A program made the translations under genes and the position numbers. A stretch of 64,000 nt of DNA, taken from assembly GCA_009700115.1 (NCBI GenBank), contig WLMU01000001.1, positions 4,364-68,363 of the forward strand. Direction: 5' to 3'. Shown piece after piece: positions 1 through 8,697 of the stretch (the stretch's first letter is position 1; each line of letters opens with the position of its first letter). The DNA comes from Actinomycetota bacterium (GTDB taxonomy: Bacteria > Actinomycetota > Acidimicrobiia > Acidimicrobiales > Acidimicrobilacustridaceae). The notes under the pieces are model-generated. The model made no database searches and had not been told where the DNA came from. It saw only the letters and a program-made list of their open reading frames with translations.

Positions 1-1058
1 CGGCCATTACGCCCGGTGAAGGGGATGCGTGAGGCGAACTTGTCGACCACGTATCCGGTAGCGCACACGATGATGTCGACCTCGCGTTCAACCCCATCGG
101 CGGTGACGATCCCGTTTGGCGTGATGCGCTCGATGGCATCGGTGATGAGTTCGACGTTTGGCCGATTAAACGCGGGGTAGTAGTCGTTCGAGAAGAGTGG
201 GCGGAAGCAACCCCACGGAACATGCGGAGTGAGACCCTCACGAGTCTTTTCGTCATCGATGACAGAAATGGCGACAGCACCGGCCCATTCGGCTCCACCG
301 AGAATCTCTTTGTTGCTAAACGGCGCATTCGGGCCGATGTAATTCATGATCGCGTCGCGATAGCCCTGAAGCGCCTCGGGATTCGATCGAAACTCCTCGA
401 TCTGTTCGGCGGGAATCGGAAACTCTTCTTTGGGAAGCACCCATTGAGGTGACCGTTGGAAGGAATACAGGGTGTCGGCGAGCTTGGCGATTTCGGGAAT
501 GCTTTGCACTGCACTTGCAGCACCGCCAATGACGGCGACGCGCTTGCCTGTTATGTCGAGATCGTGAGGCCATTCGCCCGTGTGAATCAATTCCCCGGAG
601 AATGAATCGCGTCCAGCGATGTCAGGCCATTTCACTTCACCGAACATTCCTTGCGCGCTTATGACGATGTCGGCGACGAGAGTTTCGCCGGTGGTTGTCG
701 TGACGACCCACTCGGCGTCGTCATCGTTCCAGGTCGCGCTGGACACGCCAGTATTTAGGTGGATCATCGGCCAGAGATCGAGCATGTCGACGGTGTCACG
801 AATGTATTCGAGGATCTCGGGCTGTGACGCGTACGACCGAGGCCACGACGGATTGAGGTTGAACGAAAACGAATAGGCATGGATCATGACGTCGCAGGAA
901 AGGCCGGGGTAACGACTGCGCTGCCATGTGCCACCGACATCGCCATCCCGTTCAAGAACCTTGACGTCGGTGTAGCCCGCTTCTCGGAATTGATAGGCGG
1001 AGATGATGCCGCCCGGGCCAGCACCGATCACGAGAATGCGACGGTCTTTTCCGATCAT
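1..1058 (-). CDS. Flavin-containing (Baeyer-Villiger type) monooxygenase, 3'-truncated by window edge
   Basis: Manual translation from ATG 1058 (absent from the ORF track because it has no stop in the window): MIGKDRRILVIGAGPGG (FAD Rossmann), GGTWQRSRYPGLSCD, FSGELIHTGEWP (BVMO fingerprint), RVAVIGGAASA. GGAG RBS upstream. Confidence 0.88.
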   Translation of the reverse strand, partial: MIGKDRRILVIGAGPGGIISAYQFREAGYTDVKVLERDGDVGGTWQRSRYPGLSCDVMIHAYSFSFNLNPSWPRSYASQPEILEYIRDTVDMLDLWPMIHLNTGVSSATWNDDDAEWVVTTTTGETLVADIVISAQGMFGEVKWPDIAGRDSFSGELIHTGEWPHDLDITGKRVAVIGGAASAVQSIPEIAKLADTLYSFQRSPQWVLPKEEFPIPAEQIEEFRSNPEALQGYRDAIMNYIGPNAPFSNKEILGGAEWAGAVAISVIDDEKTREGLTPHVPWGCFRPLFSNDYYPAFNRPNVELITDAIERITPNGIVTADGVEREVDIIVCATGYVVDKFASRIPFTGRNG

Positions 1059-1226
1059 TGAAGGAGCTCCTGCGGACGACGTGATGAACGAGGTCATCAT
1101 CCTGCCTTGTCCGGCGCATCAGCGTGACCGATTCCCGACCCGATCGGCCGGTTGGCGAGACAGGGGGGTCGCTGGGCTAGATTGAGCACTCGCAAACCGG
1201 TCGCTTCGGCGCATCCGGGGGGCCAC

Positions 1227-1313
1227 GTCGGAGTGGCGGAATTGGCATACGCGCTAGACTAAGGATCTAGTGCCCGCAAGGGCGTGGGGGTTCAAGTCCC
1301 CCCTCCGACACCA
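1227..1313 (+). tRNA. tRNA-Leu, anticodon AAG (class II long variable arm, encoded CCA)
   Basis: Acceptor GTCGGAG/CTCCGAC, discriminator A then CCA; D arm with GG; anticodon stem CTAGA/TCTAG with loop CT-AAG-GA (AAG at 1261-1263); variable arm GCCC-GCAA-GGGC; T arm GGGGG-TTCAAGT-CCCCC. Confidence 0.95.
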
Positions 1314-1327
1314 TCTGGATGGGAGTC

Positions 1328-1370
1328 TTTCCCGGCCGGAGCGGAAGGCTTCGGCCGCCGCTTCGGGAAA
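1328..1370 (+). terminator. GC-rich hairpin just downstream of the tRNA (terminator or processing signal)
   Basis: TTTCCCG...CGGGAAA ends, GAGCGG/CCGCTT inner pairing and a GGC-TTCG-GCC tetraloop cap. No U-tract. Confidence 0.4.
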
Positions 1371-1542
1371 ATGGTTGAGCACTGTCGCCGGTTGATTGAA
1401 GGTTTCCGGGTCCGCCCGAGAGCTTCGATCGTTAAGCGGATGCATCACCGGCGATCGCTTCGACTCTCGTGACGAAGCGGCATGGGTGGTGCCGAGATTG
1501 AGCCCGTCTGCGACCGATCGATGCCAGAGACCTATACATTGC

Positions 1543-1558
1543 TATCCTGTACATGATA
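1543..1558. promoter_or_regulatory. Putative palindromic operator TATCCT-GTAC-ATGATA
   Basis: Near-perfect 16-bp palindrome about 55 bp upstream of the amidohydrolase start. The same motif occurs at 25012 and 30697. Confidence 0.55.
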
Positions 1559-1612
1559 AGAAATCACGTACGAGTTCCGGGACGTCATCTCGGGGATAGG
1601 CAAGGAATCTGC

Positions 1613-2848
1613 GTGGCCGAACTTGAGACCTCAACTGTCGATTGGGATGCAGCGATCGAGCGCATCCCTCCGATCATTGATGTTGATGCTCATCTCGTCG
1701 AGCCAGCAGACATCTGGACATCGCGTCTGCCCCTGGCGTTGCGCGACGTTGGCCCGCGGGTCGAATACCTTCCCGCCGGAACACCGATTCTCGACGGAGG
1801 CGGATACATCGAAGCGCCGGGGACCGAAGGCGAGCCGGTGGCTTGGTGGCATTACGAGGACAGTTTCTATTCGGTGAAGCGGATCATCGCTGCAGCGGGG
1901 TATCCGGCGGACGAGATCACGCTTGATGGCATTACTTTCGAACAAATGCGTCCGGGGTGCTGGCAGCAGGGGGCACGGCTCGACGACATGACACTGAACG
2001 GTGTCGAGGCCCAGATGTGTTTTCCGAACTATCCACGTTTCGCTGGGCAAATCTTCCTCCGCGGAACCGACAAGGATCTCGCCTTGCTGTGCGTCAAGGC
2101 CTACAACGACTGGATGGTCGATGAGTGGTGCGCCGGCACAGGTGGTCGACTGATTCCGTTGTGTCTTGTCCCGTTATGGGACCCCGAACTTGCTGCCGCC
2201 GAAGTGCGGAGAAATGCAGCCCGCGGGGTGAGGGCGGTTGCCTTCAGCGAAATTCCGGCATACCTCGGATTGCCAAGTCTCTATACCTCACATTGGGACC
2301 CGTTCTTTCAGGCTTGTGAGGAGACCGGGACCGTGTTGTGTATCCATATCGGATCAGGAACGAAGACCCCGCAAACATCGCCGGATGCCAATGACGCAGT
2401 GGCGGCCACCATCATTTTTTGTAACTCGATTGCAAGCATGACGGACTACATGCTTTCCGGTGTACTTGCGCGATATCCGAGAATGAAAATGATGTACGCC
2501 GAATGTCAGATCGGTTGGATTCCGTATCTCCTCGAGCGAATCGATGATGTCTGGGACACACATCGTGGTTGGAGTCATAGTCAGGTTCTGTGCCCGGAGC
2601 CTCCCTCGACCTACTACCACCAGTCGATCTACAGCTGCTTCTTCAAAGACAACGTTGGGGTGCAATTGATCGACAAAATTGGCCAGGACAAGGTGATGTT
2701 CGAAACCGATTACCCCCACCAAGACGGCACCTTTCCGCACTCGCGCCGATCCGCAGCGGAACAGTTCGGCCATCTTGAAAAAAACCTGATCAAGAAGATT
2801 GCACGAGGAAACGCCATTTCGCTGTTTGGCCTCGACCTGGCTCCGTGA
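1613..2848 (+). CDS. Amidohydrolase family protein (Amidohydro_2)
   Basis: DVDAH, MRPG, AYNDW, CIHIGSG and FETDYPH motifs. GTG start at 1613 follows AAGGAA. Confidence 0.88.
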   Translation: MAELETSTVDWDAAIERIPPIIDVDAHLVEPADIWTSRLPLALRDVGPRVEYLPAGTPILDGGGYIEAPGTEGEPVAWWHYEDSFYSVKRIIAAAGYPADEITLDGITFEQMRPGCWQQGARLDDMTLNGVEAQMCFPNYPRFAGQIFLRGTDKDLALLCVKAYNDWMVDEWCAGTGGRLIPLCLVPLWDPELAAAEVRRNAARGVRAVAFSEIPAYLGLPSLYTSHWDPFFQACEETGTVLCIHIGSGTKTPQTSPDANDAVAATIIFCNSIASMTDYMLSGVLARYPRMKMMYAECQIGWIPYLLERIDDVWDTHRGWSHSQVLCPEPPSTYYHQSIYSCFFKDNVGVQLIDKIGQDKVMFETDYPHQDGTFPHSRRSAAEQFGHLEKNLIKKIARGNAISLFGLDLAP

Positions 2849-2983
2849 GGGGCTGAGGGCGAGAACGATTTCCATCATGACGAGTGATGGGGACACTCCC
2901 TTCCCGCTGTTCGGGAAACCCCTGACGAGCGGTGCGGAGGGGGGTGTAAATCGAAGAGAATCAACGGTATCGAAAGGAACGGC

Positions 2984-3772
2984 ATGGAGACACGATTCGA
3001 AATCAGTCAAGAAGCCGGTTCGCTCGGGGCGATTATTACTGGAATCGACCTGCGCGACGAGGTAGACGACGTGCTGTTCGAGCAACTCCACCAAGCGTCG
3101 CTTGAACATCTGGTTCTCTGCATCCGCGGTCAGCAGGAGTTGACTCCGGATCAGCAGATCGAGTTCGCTCGGCTTTGGGGAGTCATCGAACCCCACCCGT
3201 ATGTCGATCCCATCGAGGGGTATCCGGAGATGATCAGGATCTACGATCCGAATCCGCTCACGGAGACATGGCATACCGATTTCAGTTACGCGAAAGCACC
3301 GCCGGCACTCAGTTTCCTTCTGGCTCGAACGGTTCCTCCGTACGGAGGCGACACGATGTTCTCGAGTTCGTACAGAGTTTTCGAAGATTTGAGTGAGGGG
3401 CTGAAGACGACCTTGCGAAGCCTGAGCGCGCTCCACGAGGGCACGGCACTGGCGTTGTCGAAAGGTCTTGAAATCGATGACATTCGCTCGGTGCATCCAA
3501 TCGTGGCGGTCCATTCAGAGACCGGGCGTGAGTTACTCAACGTCAACTCCTGTTACGTGAAGAACATCGACGGCTGGACAGTCGAAGAGGGGGCACCATT
3601 GCTGGCATACCTGTACTCACTCTTCGAACGCGTCGAATACACCTACCGCCATCGTTGGCATGACGGGGACCTGCTCATCTGGGACAACCGTTGTCTTCAG
3701 CACCGGGTGGTGGGTGACACGAATGGACAGAAGCGGGATCTCCACCGGGTCACGGTCGCGGTGGAAACCTGA
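2984..3772 (+). CDS. TauD/TfdA family Fe(II)/2-oxoglutarate dioxygenase
   Basis: WHTD, GGDT and WDNRCLQH...LHRVT motifs. Confidence 0.9.
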   Translation: METRFEISQEAGSLGAIITGIDLRDEVDDVLFEQLHQASLEHLVLCIRGQQELTPDQQIEFARLWGVIEPHPYVDPIEGYPEMIRIYDPNPLTETWHTDFSYAKAPPALSFLLARTVPPYGGDTMFSSSYRVFEDLSEGLKTTLRSLSALHEGTALALSKGLEIDDIRSVHPIVAVHSETGRELLNVNSCYVKNIDGWTVEEGAPLLAYLYSLFERVEYTYRHRWHDGDLLIWDNRCLQHRVVGDTNGQKRDLHRVTVAVET

Positions 3773-3833
3773 TCGGAGGCTTGACAAAAAAAACGCTCGT
3801 TGAGAATTTTGGACGGCGCCTATTCGTGAACTC

Positions 3834-4862
3834 TTAGGCGCCCAGTCGGTTGAGAGTTTCGTGGTGCGCAACCGCACTGCCGAGGCGTTTGAAGAACATG
3901 TTGCGAATCGGAACCTCAACTCGGTGTGTGATGCTCCACATGTAGAACCCATACGCCAAGGCGTTGCGGTATATGTCCCAGGCGTCATCAATCGAGGGCA
4001 TGTCGTCACCCATCGATGTGCGGTTCGATAGATAGTCGTTGAGGAGACTGCGCTCGTTCCGTTCGCGATCTGCGACATCGAGAACCGCGGCAACGTGGTA
4101 GGCAACGTCGAGAACCCACGGGCCGAGTTGGAGTACTTGCCAGTCGATGAGCCCTGGTTTGCCGGTTGGGGTCAGGTACAAATTTCCGGCGTGGGCGTCG
4201 CCGTGAATGACTGAGTCAGGATTCTTTGAAGCCCATTCAGCAAGAGTCGAAAACGCGGACCGGATCCTGCCCGCGTCGACAATTTCGGTTGGGAGGTCAG
4301 CGGCTCGGCCATCATCGAGCAGTTCCTGCAGACGTTCCTCTGACATGACTCCGAGGTATCCGTCCAGGCGTGGTGCAAGCCAGTCTGTCCCCGAGAGATT
4401 TGAGGTCGGGTCGGAATGGTGGAGCTTCGCGAGTTCGCCCAGAGTCTGGGACACTTGATCGACGCTGTAGGGGCTCATGGCGGTGAGAAAGGTGCAATCG
4501 GCATCGACCAAGTCGCGCATGATGATCATGCCGTGACCCGTATCGGCATCGATCGCGGCGTGAACACATAAGGGCACCTCGACATCAACAAGAGGGGCGA
4601 GGTCACGGTAGAACTGGACCTCAAGTTGGCCGAGGTTGCACCACGAAGCGCTCTCGGGAAGGAAGTAACCCTTCACGCAGAATGCATCGAGATCATCAGT
4701 CCTTCCCGCCCCTTGATAAGCGACCTTGAACCGCACTTTCGAGGCGAGGTTGTCGATACGTTCGGTGATCACAACATCGGCAACTGGCGCGCCCAGAGTA
4801 GAAGTCAGCCATTCGGGTGACAACACGACGTCGAGTTCGAGTGGGGCGGAGGAACGGTTCAT
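3834..4862 (-). CDS. APH/ecdysteroid-kinase-like phosphotransferase
   Basis: EVQFY, IHGDAHAGN and IDWQ kinase motifs. ATGA overlap with the upstream gene. Confidence 0.82.
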   Translation of the reverse strand: MNRSSAPLELDVVLSPEWLTSTLGAPVADVVITERIDNLASKVRFKVAYQGAGRTDDLDAFCVKGYFLPESASWCNLGQLEVQFYRDLAPLVDVEVPLCVHAAIDADTGHGMIIMRDLVDADCTFLTAMSPYSVDQVSQTLGELAKLHHSDPTSNLSGTDWLAPRLDGYLGVMSEERLQELLDDGRAADLPTEIVDAGRIRSAFSTLAEWASKNPDSVIHGDAHAGNLYLTPTGKPGLIDWQVLQLGPWVLDVAYHVAAVLDVADRERNERSLLNDYLSNRTSMGDDMPSIDDAWDIYRNALAYGFYMWSITHRVEVPIRNMFFKRLGSAVAHHETLNRLGA

Positions 4863-5971
4863 GGTCCTGTCCTGAGGTCGGCCATCTGGCACGCGCGAGC
4901 AAGAGTGGGGTTGCTCTCGACCTTTAGAGCGTTGGGGTCGTGTACGAGCAGCAAGCTACGGATCGAAAGAATCGCAACCTTGTAGGCGGCAAAGATTTCG
5001 TACCAAGTGGTATCGCCGGCTAGCTGGCCGACGTTGTCCTCCCAGTACGAGATTGTCTCGGTCCGAGATCCCAGGCCTTCGAGTCGCACATGGCCGCGTC
5101 CTTCGCTGTGGAAATGGTCGAAGAACAGCCACCAGCCGAGGTCCTGATGGATGCCGCCGATGTTGGCCTGCTCCCAGTCGAAGACTCCGACGCAACCAAA
5201 CGTGTCATCGAAGGCCATGTTCCCAATTCGAGCGTCCCCCCACGCGAATCCATTGACTGCCTGTGGTGGGACGTTGGATCGGAGCCATTCATCGAGCTGG
5301 TGGACCTCATCGGGAACTTCACCATTGCAATACCAGTCGAGGCCCTGTTTCCAGTACTCAAGTTGCTGAACCAGACCGGATTCGCCGTACCGGGGCTCGT
5401 CGAGAATGGTGAACTGAGCGACCGGAACCTTTGCCACCCGGCATAGTTGGTCCATGGCGGTCTCCCATGCGACTCGTCTCTGCGCCGGGGTCGCTTCAAA
5501 GAGGAATCCCGCGGAGTTGTAAGGGGGTGAACTGACAGGAACTCGGCCGTGAACCTGGCCCATCACGTAGAAAGGGAGTCCGAGGATCTCGGTGTCACTC
5601 TCGAAATAGAGTGGTTCCGGAACTGCGACCGAACCTTCTCGATGAAGAATTTCGAGCACGCGGTACTGGTTTTCGAAGACTGGTTCGAAGAATAATTGGA
5701 ACGAGTCGGGAGCGATCCTGAACGCGATGTCGCGCGACTGCGAACGGCCATCGGAGGTCCACCGTGCAGTGGCCAGAACCGTTTCGCTCGAAGTTCCTGC
5801 TCCTAGCGGTGTGCGCGGATCAAGGAGTTGAAGGTCCTCCGATTCGAAACGATCGGCAAGCCATGTCCTGAGGAGTGCAACGAGTTCTTCGCGCGACCGC
5901 CGTCGACCAGCGGATGCACTGTTGAAGATCTCTTGCTCGTAACTTGCGGCAGGGAGGGACTTTTCGGTCAT
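4859..5971 (-). CDS. APH-family phosphotransferase (ACAD10/LvaA-like)
   Basis: GTSSET, LGLPFYVM, WGDARIGN and FDWE motifs. ATGA overlap with the P450 stop. Confidence 0.82.
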   Translation of the reverse strand: MTEKSLPAASYEQEIFNSASAGRRRSREELVALLRTWLADRFESEDLQLLDPRTPLGAGTSSETVLATARWTSDGRSQSRDIAFRIAPDSFQLFFEPVFENQYRVLEILHREGSVAVPEPLYFESDTEILGLPFYVMGQVHGRVPVSSPPYNSAGFLFEATPAQRRVAWETAMDQLCRVAKVPVAQFTILDEPRYGESGLVQQLEYWKQGLDWYCNGEVPDEVHQLDEWLRSNVPPQAVNGFAWGDARIGNMAFDDTFGCVGVFDWEQANIGGIHQDLGWWLFFDHFHSEGRGHVRLEGLGSRTETISYWEDNVGQLAGDTTWYEIFAAYKVAILSIRSLLLVHDPNALKVESNPTLARACQMADLRTGP

Positions 5972-7236
5972 CGATCCCACCTCACGGGTACCGATGAATA
6001 TCCCCGTTCGTACATGCCGGTGATCTGTGGGATCGGGGCATCTGGGTCGAGTCGTAGCCCCGGCAGACGATCGATGAGCGCGTCGATGGCGGTGGAGATC
6101 TCTGCACGAGCGACGTGCATTCCGATACAGATGTGCGGACCTCCACCGAATCCCAAATGGCTTTGGAGGGGACGGGATGGATCGAACTCGTCGGGGCGTT
6201 CCCAGCGGGCCGGGTCACGGTTGGCCTCGGCAAAGCAGACGTGCAAGACGGCTCCGGCGGGGATGTCGACACCGCCAAGAGTGACGTCGTTGACCACGTA
6301 ACGAGCGAAGACCGGATCGGTCGGCATCCAACGGAGCCCCTCCTCGATCACGCCCCGGAGAAGCGAGCGGTCCTCCCTGACCCGTTCGAGCCATTCGGGA
6401 TGCTGCAGTAGGGCCATCATGGTGATTCCCATCTGTTTCCAAGTAGTTCCCGAACCGGCAGCGAGCAGCAGGAACGCGAAACCGAGGACCTCGTTGTCGG
6501 ACAGAACTTGTCGTGTGCCGTCCTCGTGAGTGACTTCGGCTTCGACAAGAACACTGATCAGATCGTCGGCTGGCTCGGCACGACGCGACGCAATGATCGG
6601 GTGAACAATCTGCATAAATCGATCGAGTCCGAGGCCATCGGAGGTGACTGCCGCCCGGATGTCGAGGGCCTCGGGAATTGTTACCCCGAAACTGCCACAG
6701 ATTGTTAGCAGCGGGATGGGGGCGAAGAACTCGACATTGAGGTCAGCGGCACCAGCGTCGGTAATGCTGTCGATGAGCGAGTCGACTGTTACCTGTACCC
6801 AGTTCTGTATCCACCACTGGGCCTTCTTGGGAACGAATGACGGTTGCACCAAAGTGCGATAGCGATGGTGGCGCTCGCCATCCATGTTGAGAATCGACGA
6901 CTCGTGGAGCGCCTCTTCAGATCCCGGGACATGTGACGATGACGAGAAGTTGGTGCTGTCTCGTACAACAGCATCACAGGTCGCGAAATCGAAGGCGGAG
7001 TAATGCGGACGGTCAGGCTCCGGTAGTCCTTGGAATACCGCGGCGCCATGGAAACCAACGAGTGGTCCAGGGATGCCTTCGTGCACGGGACCTGTTTCGC
7101 GTAGATGGGCAAAGGGAGGATAAATGTCCTCCTCGAAGGCGCCGCCGCGTGTTGCATAGACGTTTCCCTTGAGGTCGAACAGCTCGCGTAGGCGTGCAGG
7201 GTCCAGATGTGTCCTCAGCTCTTCACTCTCACTCAT
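5968..7236 (-). CDS. Cytochrome P450
   Basis: FGGGPHICIG heme motif, EEGLR (ExxR), ANRDPARW; I-helix reads AAGSGTT. Confidence 0.95.
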   Translation of the reverse strand: MSESEELRTHLDPARLRELFDLKGNVYATRGGAFEEDIYPPFAHLRETGPVHEGIPGPLVGFHGAAVFQGLPEPDRPHYSAFDFATCDAVVRDSTNFSSSSHVPGSEEALHESSILNMDGERHHRYRTLVQPSFVPKKAQWWIQNWVQVTVDSLIDSITDAGAADLNVEFFAPIPLLTICGSFGVTIPEALDIRAAVTSDGLGLDRFMQIVHPIIASRRAEPADDLISVLVEAEVTHEDGTRQVLSDNEVLGFAFLLLAAGSGTTWKQMGITMMALLQHPEWLERVREDRSLLRGVIEEGLRWMPTDPVFARYVVNDVTLGGVDIPAGAVLHVCFAEANRDPARWERPDEFDPSRPLQSHLGFGGGPHICIGMHVARAEISTAIDALIDRLPGLRLDPDAPIPQITGMYERGYSSVPVRWDR

Positions 7237-7681
7237 GGTCGCTCCGTTCGAGAATGACAACGGGTATGACGCGTTCGGTGCGCGACTGGTAGGTGTCATA
7301 CGCGGGCCAAACATCGCACATGAGGCGCCAGAGTCGCTCGCGTTCCGAACCCTCGGCGACACGGGCAAGGGCCGGGAATCGATCGGTCTTCACCTGGATG
7401 GTGACGCTCGGGTTGGCTACGAGATTCAAGTACCAGGCCGGATGGGTTGGAGCCCCGCCCATCGATCCGACGATGATGCATGCGTTGTCATCGAAGCCGC
7501 AGATAAGCGCGCTCTTGCGAATCGCGCCTGACTTTCTTCCGGTGGTGGAGAGCACAAGGCAACTTGCCCCGTTCCACAGGTAGCCGATCTCGCCCCCGGT
7601 TTCCTCGTACTGGCGGACGTGCTCGTCACCGATAAGGGTCAGGTCGATGTTGGGGCTGACGGGTCGAAGTTCTTCAGTCAC
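7229..7681 (-). CDS. Deazaflavin (F420)-dependent nitroreductase/quinone reductase (Ddn family)
   Basis: LSTTGRKSG, SMGGAPTHPAWYLNLVANP and YQSRTERVIPVVIL, all typical of Ddn/FDOR-A. Confidence 0.92.
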   Translation of the reverse strand: MTEELRPVSPNIDLTLIGDEHVRQYEETGGEIGYLWNGASCLVLSTTGRKSGAIRKSALICGFDDNACIIVGSMGGAPTHPAWYLNLVANPSVTIQVKTDRFPALARVAEGSERERLWRLMCDVWPAYDTYQSRTERVIPVVILERSDHE

Positions 7682-7705
7682 GGCATTCCTCTCGGGATTG
7701 TTGGT

Positions 7706-8485
7706 TCAGCGTGCGGTGTAGCCGCCATCGACCGGAAGCAGAATTCCGGTGATGTTGATTGAGTCGTCAGAGGCCAGGAAGAGTGCAGCCTTCGCGCAAT
7801 CTTCGGCAGTGATGATGCGACCATTGGGCTGGAACGTGCTTGCGAATTCGACGTAGTCGTTGTCGACGTCATCGAATGCGTTCTCGCGTCCGGCCATGAT
7901 GAAGTTGGTGAGAGGCATTGTCCCGGGACAGATCGCGTTGCAGCGAATGCCGACTGCGGCGCATTCGACGGCGACGCCTCTCGTGATCTGGTTGACGGCA
8001 CCTTTGGTGGCGCCGTAGACGACGCTGCCAAAACCGACCATGCCGGCGATCGAACCGGTATTGACGATCGTGCCGCCGTTACCTTGCGCCTTGAACTGAC
8101 GGACTGCGAATTTGCAGCCGTTGAAAACCCCTCGAAAATTAATCTCGACGAGCCGGCTGAATCCATCGGCGTCCATGTCGTCGAATGTCTGACCGGTAGT
8201 GAGACCGGTCACGCCGGCATTGTTGTACATCACGTCAAGGCGGCCATAGGTGGAAACGGCGGCGGCGACGGTGGCTTCGACATCGGCCTCGGAAGTCACA
8301 TCACAGTGAAAGGGCATGGCGACGCCACCAGCCTCGAGCACGAGTCGCACGGTCTCTGCGGCCCAATCGTCCATAACGTCGGCAACAACGATGTTGGCGC
8401 CTTCCTCGGCGAAGAGCAGGGCGGATGCGCGACCGACTCCGGATCCCGCACCGGTGATGATGACGGTCTTGTCGGCGAGTTTCAT
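7706..8485 (-). CDS. Short-chain dehydrogenase/reductase
   Basis: TGAGSGVG, NNAG, YGATK. ATG at 8485 overlaps the ferredoxin stop. Confidence 0.92.
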   Translation of the reverse strand: MKLADKTVIITGAGSGVGRASALLFAEEGANIVVADVMDDWAAETVRLVLEAGGVAMPFHCDVTSEADVEATVAAAVSTYGRLDVMYNNAGVTGLTTGQTFDDMDADGFSRLVEINFRGVFNGCKFAVRQFKAQGNGGTIVNTGSIAGMVGFGSVVYGATKGAVNQITRGVAVECAAVGIRCNAICPGTMPLTNFIMAGRENAFDDVDNDYVEFASTFQPNGRIITAEDCAKAALFLASDDSINITGILLPVDGGYTAR

Positions 8486-8697
8486 AGTTCGATCTCCGTT
8501 GTTCTTTCTGTCAGGGTGATGACGTATTTCGGACAGGATTCGGCTGCAGCGCGGATCGCCGCGACATCGTCGCGGGTGTCGAGCAAGACGACTTTCATGT
8601 CGTCGTCGATATCGAAAGTCGTGGGCGCATGGAATGAACACATTCCTGAACCCATGCAGTTGTCGCGGTCTAGGGTGATGAGGAATGGGAGAGTCAC
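8482..8697 (-). CDS. [3Fe-4S]-type ferredoxin
   Basis: CMGSGMC...CP motif, 71 aa. GTGA and ATGA overlaps on both sides, in the P450 operon. Confidence 0.85.
   Translation of the reverse strand: MTLPFLITLDRDNCMGSGMCSFHAPTTFDIDDDMKVVLLDTRDDVAAIRAAAESCPKYVITLTERTTEIEL

Noticed and set aside
1227-1613. tRNA-Leu as the attachment site of a genomic island
   Set aside because: No integrase or transposase is in the window, and I did not find a duplicated tRNA 3' end. It cannot be excluded beyond the window.
3834-5971. APH-family genes as antibiotic-resistance kinases
   Set aside because: They are coupled within a catabolic operon and their motifs fit the metabolic ACAD10/EcKL-like branches.
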